Of a stretch of 47,194 bases of DNA, positions 23,305 to 34,024 are shown in pieces (position 1 is the stretch's first letter; every line of letters starts with the position of its first letter). The notes beneath the pieces are model-generated. The model did no database searches. It was not told the origin of the DNA and saw only the letters and a program-made list of their open reading frames with translations. The stretch spans positions 1 to 47,194 of the forward strand of contig JAMDHS010000125.1 of assembly GCA_029717555.1 (NCBI GenBank), read 5' to 3'. This DNA is from Peribolospora baueri (taxonomy: Eukaryota). The position numbers and the translations under genes were made by a program.

Positions 23305-25461
23305 ATGAATCGTACCGCGCTTATCTATGCGCGCATCGTCATCGGCGCCCTCGTCGCCACCATTCTCTGCGCTTGGGCCTTCCTCCCCATTGCGTACGGA
23401 GCCGTTTACCACTCCACCCATCTCGTCTCCCGGCTCCAAGGCTTGGTCATCAATCGCGACGCCCAAGGCGCCGTCGGCAGCGCCATCACCCAGGCTTTTC
23501 TCCGCTCGCCCTCTTCCTCTCCTCATCCCACGTTCATCCAAGGCTCGGCAAGCCTTGATGACGAGGCCATTCGTGGTCTCCTGGTCGACGAGAGCACCTG
23601 GGCCGTCGTCGAAATCGGACCCGCCGTTACACAGAGGCTTTTACAAGCTCAGCAGAGCGCCGACGCCTCGTGGAATCCCCGCCAAGCGGTCACCGTATGG
23701 GTCTCACAAGCGCGCAACTCAGCCGTCGTCGAAGATGTTCTTCTGAACTACGTGAGTCCTGCCTCCTCTTTGGCTTGTACGGTGGACTTTGCAAGCAGGA
23801 CCGCCCTTCTCAGCTGCCTCGGCTTGGGTCACTCTTTTGTCTTTGCAGATCGAGGCTGTCCTCGAAAACGTGCTACCCGCCCTTAACCAACAACTCTCCG
23901 TCTCCTATCTCCAATCCGCCACTTCTCAAAATGTCTCGGCTCTCCACCAGACACTCACCAAAGCCCCTCAGACCGTCGTCGGACCCCTGTCCTACAGTGT
24001 CAGCTATGTGACGACGTTTGATATTCCGGCGGTGCAGGTGACCGAGTTTGGTGAGCCGAGACTTCTGCAAGCGAAGTACGGCCCAGCGTGCATTATGGAG
24101 TTTCCCTGACGTCTTGGGACCTTCTTCCCGCTCCCATCCCTCTAGTCGGCCTTGTTATCCTCCTGATCTTTGCAGCAGCCCAAGTTGGTGCCGCTTACGG
24201 CGCCCGACTCCAGACTGGCCTGCTTGGTGCCGACGGCCAGGTTCCTCTCCGCGTCCTCATCTTCGTTCGCTTGGTACCTCACGTGGCGACTTCATTCGTC
24301 CTTGGTTGGGCGTTCAGTGGCATCAGCGCTGCTTTTGGGGTGAGCTCCTCTTCCGCGTTGAAAGGCGGTTGGCTCAATTGGATCGCCGGAATGCGGGCTA
24401 ACAAGATCAACTCGCCTGCTTGCCGCACAGGTCACTTTCACCGCTATGTACGTCAGAGCATGCGATTCCGCCACGGCTGAGCACGTTCCCCCCCTCTGAT
24501 ACCTCCACTCTCCCGTCGCATCAGCTACAAGGCCGGATTCGTACTCTACTTCCTCTGCGTCTGGCTCTCGCTCCTCGCAATTATATTGGCCATCGAAATG
24601 ATCATGATCATTCTCCCGGTAGCGTGAGTGCATCGCCTTGCATGGAATGGGAGAGCGATGAATTGCGCAGTGCTCCAAGCTAAGCTAACCTTCCATGTCA
24701 TTCTCGTCGCCGTTCCACAGGGCCGTCCCCTTCTTCATTGTGAGTTTCCCTGGGATGTCCTAGCTGGAATATTTTTTTTCTTACGGCACGACGTTCACTC
24801 TCGCACCGCTTCGCAGATCTTCTTCCTCATTGCCAATGTGAGCGCCCTCCTCGTTTTGCTTTTTGCACATATTCTCGGCCTTGTTTACGAATCGAATTGC
24901 TCACTCTGACTTTGAGTTTTCGTCCCTCTCTCTTAGGCTGCCGTTATCGCCCTCCCAATGGACCTGATGCCCCACTTCTACCGCTACGGTTACGGTGCGT
25001 CCCAATCGCTCGGCTCCATTCATCTATTTGCCACCGTCAATTAACCCAAGGGACCGTTCCGCTTTCATTTCAGCCATGATCTTTTACAACGGCGTTCGGA
25101 TCATCAATGCTCTCGTCTTCGGAACGGTGCGTCCGAGGACACGATACCGTTCGCGCTTCCCTCATCTCACACACTGACCGAGGGCCGGGCTCGTCGGACG
25201 TCCTTTCTCTCTTCGCCCGTTCGGGTTCGGGTTCCTTAGCGCAACCACTTGGCCGTCAATTTCGGCGTCCTCCTTGCCTGGGTGGCGCTCAGCTTCGTCC
25301 TCATCCCAATCGCTTCGTTCCTAACGTGGAGGAGGGCACAGAAGAAGGCCCCCGTGCTGGCCCAAAACCAGGCTGCGGGCGGGAAGCGCGACGAGGGGGA
25401 GTCTCATTCCGCCAGGGACGAGGAGCAGGCGCAGGTGTCGGAGCTGAAGCCGGGGGAGTGA
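23305..25461 (+). CDS. SNG1: SNG1-family (DUF3533) multi-pass membrane protein, ~443 aa; exons 23305-23751, 23849-24050, 24146-24339, 24431-24447, 24525-24623, 24721-24739, 24817-24837, 24937-24994, 25074-25126, 25240-25461
   Basis: N-terminal TM with LPIAYGA, extracellular WAVVEI...SQARN segment, and C-terminal MPHFYRYGYAMIFYN...FGTRNHLAVNFGVLLAW typical of the family. Exon total (1332 nt) is in frame. Confidence 0.85.
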
Positions 25462-26347
25462 AGCGAATCGCGCCTTCTTACGGCCTGTGGTGGTCCTGTA
25501 GATGTCGTCAGCCGTTGCGTCTATACCTAAGCACCTCCTTGTGGCATGGCAGGGCGACGGATGCGCTGTGACGGACAAGACAGGCCCACTGGAGAACTGG
25601 GAGATGGTGACACGGGTGGACAGGCGGTAAGACGGTTGACTGAGAAGAGAACGAACATCGACATTATAGCCAGACCAACCAACGGTGGGAGAAAGCTCCA
25701 GCCAATAGTACGAGAATTGCCTCACTGGCCGGTAACAACAGGGCAAAGGTGACCTGGTTGTGGTTTGATCTTGTTTTCACCGTGGTAGTGAATCAAGGAC
25801 ATCGTTCCGAGCATATATGCCCATACCGCCCAGACCAGGTGTCCGGGCCGGTCCAACGTTGGAGTCCTGCTTCAGAATATCATCTCCACTGCCACCGGCG
25901 CCCGCCAACCCCCTTCCCCATCGCACTTGCTTCGCTCACTTGTCTCCTTTCGTCCATCTACTCCAGAAGAGGGACACCACCGATGCATGCCAGGATGCCA
26001 ACTCGTTTGTTATTTGCTTATTGTACGGATTGTACCGATCGATCGATTGGGTTGCTCACTGATACAGGGTCGGATCGGGTCGGCTTGGCGTGAAAAAAAA
26101 GGGAAAGAGCAGGTCAAGGAAAAGGGGAAGAGAATAAAAAAAAAAGAGCGGGACGAAGGCGTCTGTCCTAAATCAAGCAGAGGCCGCAGGTGAATGGGGG
26201 TAGAGGAAGAAGGGAGAAAGGGGATGGATGCGAAGGGCGGGAAGGCCGAGCATGCCGAACGAAAGGACGACGCCAAACCAAGTCTATGCTGCCAGTTACC
26301 CGCCCCTCCCCCCCATCCAACGCGAAGAGCCACACCATCGACACGGT

Positions 26348-29267
26348 CTATCGTCCGCGCCCGCCCTGCGTGAGCACGAGCGTCTTCTTCTTCTTGTTCT
26401 TCTTCTTTCCTCCACCACCGGCGGGATTCGGATTCCCACTCGCAGCTGAAGCCGAAGCCGATCCCGAACCCGAGCCGTTCTTCCCACTTCCTCTATTCCA
26501 TCCTCGTCCAGCACTACCTCCGCCGTCGCCGGCCCCGTCCGCGCCCCTCAACGTGAAATCCTCTTCCAGCTCCATCCATCTCTCGTCAAAGGTCTCCCAA
26601 TCCTCAGGATCCAGCCCGGGAGGATAAGCCCTCTCCTCCGTCCGAACAGGACGGGAAGAGTTGTGCAGTGCCGAGGCGAAAGTGCGCGGGGCGGGGGTGC
26701 CCCACACCGTTCGGGGACCAGGCAGGGCGGAGCGAGGGACGGGAATATCGACGCCTCGCGCAGAGCCATCGTCTTTCGCGCCTCCGCCACTGCCACCGGT
26801 GGAGGGGAGAGACGGATGATTGTCCATGGCTGAAGACGAAGAATTCGTCGGCGAAGACCCGGTCGCCGTCGCGGCGGACGACCAAGACCAGTCCTCGGGC
26901 GTAGTCGCGATGACGTCGGCGCGTCCCAAGTCAGGATAAGAATCCAAGCCCTGCGGTGGTGGCGGCTTGACATGGAAGCCGAGAGCACCCTTCTCTTTCT
27001 CCTCCGCCTTGTCCTTGGCCCTGTCCTCTCTCCTCGCCTTATTCCTCCTTCGATCCTTACGCTGTTTGAGCGCCTGCGCATAAGGACGCAGGCCTTCCTC
27101 GCCCACCACTGGGCTCAGATCCGTCTCCACGAAGACCAAGTCGCAACCGGTGGGGAGGTGAGAGAGGTACTTGCACCGCCGACGAAGCTCCTCATTCATC
27201 GTCCCTTCATCTATGCCTTCGACGTGTACGGAGATGGAGGTGGGGAAGGAGGAGTAGGAGCCAAAGTGGGAAAGGAGGATGCGAATGTCGAGCGGATGGA
27301 GGAAAATGTTCTGCCCCGAGTCGGACTGATAGAAGTAGTATGACGCGTCCGAAGGTGGCGGGGGGTTGACGTTGCGCTTCTGGCGAGGCAGACGCCCACC
27401 GTCGCCGGGGTCTGAACCGAGGGAACGTGAGACGCCGGTACCAGCCGACGTGGACAATGGCGTGTCGGTCGGTAGATGCGTCTCGCTCGCGCCGTCAACA
27501 GGAGAAGTGACCCGGGTGGGAGTGTTGGCGAAGCTGCCGAACGCGGAAGGGCCTTGAGAACGCAGAGCGAGGAACGCTTCTGGCGCTTCTTCCGCGTCTT
27601 CTTCACCGTCGCCCTCCTTCCCGGAGCCTTCAGATCCCACTGTCGCTTGTGCGCCCGGCTCTGTCGCTAGAATGCGCTCGGCCTGTAAACGAGCCTCCCT
27701 CTTGTCCCTGTTCCTCCTCCCGCCCCTCCTGCGTCCCGAAACCGGCATGGATCGCCTTCCATCTGCGATCCTCTCCTCTGCCTCGCGCAGCTCTCTCTGC
27801 GCCGTCTCCAAGCTCAGGACAACAGCGGGCGTTTCCAATTCCCGTCGCACCTTTTCTATCTGCTCGCCCACCTTCCTCTTCGCCTCGTCTAAAAAGGCAA
27901 GGCTCGGCTCGTTCGGTCCCGCGAGCTTCCTCAGCGTCTCGTCCTCCATGGCCAGCTCCCGGAGGTCTTGTTGAAGCTCCGATATGAGGTAGGCTGGCGT
28001 GGCCAACATGAACTTTGCGAAGCGGAAGACGTCTGGGAGGAAGTGCCAAGGTGCGGCGTGCGGCGGGACAAGGTCCGAAGGCCAAATTGGCGACCGGGGA
28101 AGCGCGAGCGTGGTGATTTGGGGGCGCTGGATCAGGCAGAAGCGTAGAACCTCGGACGATGGACCATCAACAGGAGAGCCTGGATCTGAGCCCCGTCGGT
28201 GAGAATCCGCGTCTCCACAATCAGAACCTCCCTCGCCCCCCGTCGAGCATCCCATGGCATCCTCCATGCTCTTCTCCTTTCGGTGAGCCGTTTCAGCAGC
28301 GGCGACAGAGTCCCACCACTTGACGGATTTGAGGTCGCGTGCATACACCGCATCCCAGCAGATCGGACACCTACGCCACTTTGCATTATCCTCAGCAAGT
28401 GCGAGGTAGCGCAGGATGCAAGGGTAGCAAAAGACGTGACCGCACTAAAGAGATGATCGCACGGTCATCGACCAAACTGCATGAGCGCCTGCTCGCCGCT
28501 TCATCGAACGCCAACTAGAGGCAAGCACATCTCTGTCCGCTCTCACCTTGGTCATCCTCGGTGCAGTAGGCTCACTGAGACAAATGGGACACGCCGTCAG
28601 GCTGTCCTCGCCCTTTGCTTGATCGAGCCCAGAAGTGGAAGCGGAGGAGAGAGCGGGTGAAGTGGAGACGATGACCTGAAGGACGTCGGGCCAGTGGAAA
28701 AAGATGTCCGGGTCGGCAAAGTAAGCGGTGTAGTCGCCCGTCGGCTTAACGAGGAAGCGATACTGGGCGTTGACGTATCCTGGCGAAGGTCCAATAGCAT
28801 GGAACAGTGAATGCGGGTTAGCTCTTCAGTCGTGGCCGGCGGGAGCCACAAGCGAAACCGGAAGAACTCACGCTCTTTGTTGAACGGTACACGGCCAGTG
28901 GAGCGCTTGGAGCGACGGTTGTAGGCAGGCGGTCTTGTTCTGGGCGGAAGGGTAAAGCTCAAGAGCTTGAGGTCAAGTCGCGATGCGACGGTCAGTCAAA
29001 CACCCTCACCGGTCCACGCCACGCCTATTTGCTTTGTGAGGACGATGACGAGGAAGCTCAGGAGGGTAAGCTGAGAAAGGACAGGAAGGGACCCACATGG
29101 TTGAGCGACTGCTGCTGACCCTTCCTCTTCTCCCGTCCCTGCCCCGCGCCATCGGCCCCAGCCTTGCTCCCATCCTTTCCCGCCCCACCGCCACCGCCTT
29201 CACCGCCACCGCCACCGCCTCTGCCGCCGCCACCGATGGTCGCCATAGCAGAACGAACAGCGGTCAT
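26348..29267 (-). CDS. MAG2: C3HC4 RING protein, MAG2/RNF10 family, ~864 aa; exons 29267-29097, 28965-28872, 28779-28547, 28444-26348
   Basis: SLNHLLSFTLPPR, KERYVNAQYRFLV, CPICLSEP..PRMTKCGHVFCYPCIL...CPIC, YYFYQ..GQNIFLHPLDIRIL, LRRRCKYLSHLP, and C-terminal KKKKTLVL. Confidence 0.9.
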
Positions 29268-29930
29268 CTAGTGCAATAGGTCGGGACGGTCGGCAAAGAG
29301 ACGTCCGACCGCGCTGATCCAGGCGGATCGACGTGAGTTCCGGACCAATTCAAAGCCGGCGGGATCGAACGGTGGACGGGTGGGCACGGGTCCCCTGCGG
29401 GCGTGCGAACGTTGTGCGTTGCAGCCGGAGACGGTGGAGAATACGGGTTCCCGCACCGAACGGTCTTTCGCCTCGCCCTCTGAAGTGCAAGAAAAAGAGG
29501 AAGGGGATCGAGAAAGCGGTGAGGGACCTCCTTGGAGAAGGAGGTGGTGGTCGTCGACGACGAGTCAGCCTGACGCGATGGCGAGTGGGCCAATTAAAGA
29601 AGTGCCGAGCGTCGATCGTCCCGTTTTCAAATGTCATTACCGACCATTTGTATTGGCAATTCCAAGCGCCCCACGTGCTCTCCTTCGAGGTGAACGTGCC
29701 GGTGGGGCGGTTTCGGATGATAGACGAGATAGCGATACCCGCTCGCCAGGCTTGCTTGGATCGTCGAGAAGCCCAAGCCCGGTCAAGGTGCTCTAACCGA
29801 TTTCAAATGATCTAGTACACTCCCAAGGTGCAGGCACGAAACGAAGTGGGCTGTGAAAAGGTAGAATGGACACGACACGGAGAGGAGAGACCAAGCCGGC
29901 GAGGGCGTCCCCTCCATACCTAGTGATCCG

Positions 29931-32900
29931 TCAGGAATTCCATTCCCAGTCCGACTCTTCCTCCTCCTCTTCAGACCCGACCGACCCCTCCCCTTCTCCA
30001 GGCACCCGACCCAACTCCTCGTCCCTTTCCGCGAACGTCCTTTCTTTTCCCTCATCATTGTTCTCCGCCTGAACGAGCCTCTCTCGAGAAGCCAAATGGC
30101 TCGACGAGGTCCCCGAGAAGGCACGGAGACTGCTGTTGGAGGTGGTCGGAGGATCGTAGGAGGCAGCGTGAGCGCGCCATACCTCGGACGGAAGCAGCGG
30201 TCTGATGCTGGTAGCTTCGGCTGGATTGGAGCTCGCAGAAGAGGGAACGGAGGCGGCGGCCGTGGCAGCGGCATCGTAAGGATCAAGACGATCGTGACCA
30301 ACGATAGGTGGCCACGGTGGAGATGGCGAAACAGCATATCCGTCCATGCCGATGGTCCAGTTGTTGGACCCGGCCGAAGCGCCGGCGGGACGGACTTCGT
30401 ACCCCTCCGAGCCTCTCCGGATGCGCACCTGAGAGTCCGGCGCCGGGCGCCACCAGTCGTCTGCGTCCACATCTCGCTGGCTTTCCTCATCGTCTATGAA
30501 GATGTTCTCATCGGTCCAACCCCACTCCCCCCGTTCCCTTCCCTCTCTCCGTTGTTGTTCTGCGTGGGCATACAAGGGCACACACCCGTCGGCTCCCGCT
30601 AGCGTGGCGCTGTTCTCCGACGACGCGTGCGACATGTCGTCATCCGTTGAGGAACGGGAGAAGCGCCGAGCGCGTCTCTCCTCCAAAGAATCGGACGAAT
30701 CCTCCTCGTCGTTCTCTCCCTGTGGTCGGTAGTCGGGGTGATAAGGCGGGAGATCGGACCTCCTTCCGGGCTTGCGCCTCGGTGGGTCGCTCTCTTCTCC
30801 GCTTGCGCCGTCTGCCTGCTCATCCCCGCGGGTTCCTCTTCTCCTCCTCCTCGCCATCCCTCCCTCATTCGGGTCGAACATGGAAGAGCTCGTCATCTTA
30901 GCCTGACCCCGAGCCTGGCGTTTCTCCGCCTGAAGACTGGCGTTCGAAGCCTTCAGACGCGGGTTAACGCCTTCTCCACCGTACGTCCAAGGGGAAGAGG
31001 GCAGCTGGAGCTTGTGCCTTCGTCGTTGGCCGCCTCCACCGCTCGCGGAAGGGTCGTAACGATATCGAGTGGTGGGATCGCGCGGCGGCCAGGTGTACTG
31101 GATGAAACGATCTGCAAAGAGAGAACACGCGTCGATGAGGCGAGAAGAGGGAAGAGACGAGAGGACGGAGAATAGAAGAGGACAAAAAGGCAGGGACGGG
31201 ACAAAGAATGATCATGTGAGCAACAGCACTGAAGAGTGGTAATGAGCAGAGTCGAAAGAGGGGAAAAGAGAAGAGGAGGGCCAGGAGTGAGCTCGCCCCT
31301 GAAATGGAAAAGGAGGCGAAGCAGGCGTGTGTGCGAAAAAATAAGACATTGCATGTCCTCACCTTTCACAGGACACGAGCCGGGCCTTTCACGTCGAGGC
31401 GGGCTTTCAAGGATGCACCCTTGCCACTCCCACAAGCAACAGAACTCCATTCCAATGGTGGCCCGCACCTACGCCATCTCCCCGACCTTCTCCACCTCCT
31501 CCCTCCAGCTGCGCTCCCTGCTTGCCGCCAATCCCGCCATCTCCGCCCACGCCGCCGAGGCCGAAGCTGAGGCGGATGCCCCACCCGCACCGTCGAAACC
31601 ATTGCCAGGGTGCAGTAAATTCGCCGTGGAGGACGAAGCTTCCGCGGCGGGCGGTTGGCCCCCATCAGGATGGTAGGGAGGATAGGGATGGGCAAATGGC
31701 TGCGGGTGTGCTAGGTAGGGATATCCCCCGGAGATGGGCTTGGACTTCAAAGGGATATACCTTCCCGGGTGCTTGGACGCACGGGCTTTGGAGCGATGGG
31801 AGCGAGCGGAACGGGAAGAGCGAATGGAGGAAGGAGAATGGGATGCAGGACGTTCCCACTCACCGTTGGAGTCGTTCACCGGGTAGGAAAGGCCATCCCC
31901 AGGTGTTGGGGCGGGTAATGGCCAGAGGATGGGTTTGGGTCCAAAGATAGAGACGAGGTTGCGATAAAGACCAAGGTGATACGGAAATTTTACCTAAGAC
32001 GGGTGGGGGTGTAAGGACAGAAGAAGGACGAGAGCGCAGGTGAGGAGGCAGATTATGAGGCAAAATGATCGCGCTAAAAACAGCGCCGACCCTTGCACCA
32101 TCCAATCGGCTCACCTCCCTGATCCTCCCTCTCCTGACGAGCGTGGCTACCTTGTCCTTCTCCCAACTTTCGATGGTCGTGGTATTGGTGGCGAGGAGGT
32201 AGAACTGGTAGATGCTAAAGATGCCCACGGTGAGAAGAGTGGGGATGCAGCCGACGTAGTTGAAGACGATCAGCAGCATCTCGCGCGTTGAAACGTCGCG
32301 CTGACAAGACGTAGAGAGTGAGAAATGGGGTAGGTAAGCCACTGCAAGAGGAAGCTGCCGGGCAGTAACTGAAGGGGCAAGACAGAAATTGCGCTTTTGC
32401 AGTTGGACACCTACCCAATACGGCGAAGGATTTGCGGCGTCGATGACCTACATTTCGAAAAAAAAAAAAATCGAATCCCTCACGTCAATATCTCCCCGTC
32501 CGGTTTGCCGTGCATAAATTCATCCCAAGAGATCGTGAAGCGTCCGCCGACTCACTCGACTGGTAACCATGCAAAACTGATAAACGCAAGCGATATCGAC
32601 GCAGATGAGGAAGCGCACGAAGTGGGCGTAGTTGTGGTGGCCCACGCAGTTATTGACCCAGGGGCAGTGGTGGTCCATCCTCAGGATACATCTGCGAGAG
32701 GGATGCAGGCAACGAGACTGGATGTCAAACATGTTCTTCACTTCGCTTTCCCTGATCTGCCGAGACGCGCTCACCTCTTGCAAGACTTGCAGTGATGCGC
32801 CCTCGGAGGTTTATACTCGTCGCACATCTTGCAGTATCTCGGCACGCCCGTCAACCTCTTCACCTCGGTACCCTCCGCCCACCTTCTGGACCCACGCGCA

Positions 32901-33323
32901 GCGCCTCCTTCGCTGCCCATCTCACCTCCGACGGGGATGGTTGGGGGGGTCCATCCAGGAGGAACGCCTCCGGGGTCTGTGACGACGACGAGGAAGTAAT
33001 TGCGAAAGAGAAAGTAAATGATGAGGTTGAAGGGCGCAAGCAGAAAAAAAAGAGAGAGGCGGGGGCGGGTGTGGGCGAGCGAGGAGGGAGGGGTGAGGTA
33101 CCAGGGGCCGATGATAAAGAGCTGGGGCGTGAAGGCTAGGAAGGAGATGAGCAGGGTCACGAAGGTCACCCTGTCGACCGGGAGAGAGAAGTAGAGCATC
33201 AGCTGTGTGCAACTTGCTCGCTCCTTCATCTTCCGCTTTCGTTCAACTCTCTTCCGAAGCCATCAAGCATACTCACCATGCCTTGCCTGCAATGTCCCGG
33301 GTCTTCCGCGGCCGGACCACCAT
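29931..33323 (-). CDS. PFA4: DHHC palmitoyltransferase, PFA4-type, ~702 aa; exons 33323-33277, 33170-32775, 32691-32556, 32447-32415, 32300-32115, 31993-31864, 31111-29931
   Basis: DPG, [63 protein letters not shown]. Exon total (2109 nt) is in frame. Confidence 0.88.
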
Positions 33324-33770
33324 GGCTGGGTGCTGGGAACAGGAAGAAAGCCCTATCCTAGCTTCCGATGGCCCCTAGGACGAAAATAAGAGAGACTCTT
33401 CCGATGCCGTCGTCGTCGCCGTCGCCGTCGCCGTTGTCGTCGTCCTGGTTCTTCTGTCCTCAGCGCGTTGCTCCCAACCACGACATTCGAGGAACGTCCG
33501 AAGGTGGGGGCGTACAAGCGAGGTTGCACGTGACGAGGGCCTTTTTCGCCTATCCCCGTTCGACAAGGAACAGGGCGATTTTGGTTCGGCGATGGTCATG
33601 CTATCGCAACGATCATTATTTAAAAATAGATGAGTGGGACACCATAGGACATGTTGGTGGGGACGTCGATCACATTCATTTAGTCTAGACGTTGTGATCC
33701 AAACATCGTGAACGGCTTCGGGAGACAAGACGTAACGGTACGATAGAAAGCGAGGGGAGAGCTCCTCGCC

Positions 33771-33850
33771 CAGTGGAAGGTGCTGGTAGGGGCGAGAAGG
33801 CGCGAGCGGGACCTAGAGGGGCGGAGAAGCACGGAGACGCGCGGAGAAGA
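33771..33850. promoter_or_regulatory. Extended degenerate heat-shock-element-like array upstream of HSP104
   Basis: Eight consecutive decamers with G at position 6, GAA at 33776, 33796, 33826 and 33846, and C at position 3 in four units (nnCnnGAAnn register), ~175-255 nt upstream of the ATG. Confidence 0.55.
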
Positions 33851-34024
33851 CTGGAATGATCGGAGCGACGTAATTAGCTTCTCAGCTTCTCACTCAGCGC
33901 GAAGGCTCGTGGATTATATCATCTCATATGTTCGACCCCTCGGCTGCCCTCGTCGCCATAAGCACCGCCGGTCGTCTTGACCACCTCGGCCACCTCATCT
34001 ACCCACCTATCACTCTTCCATCCC

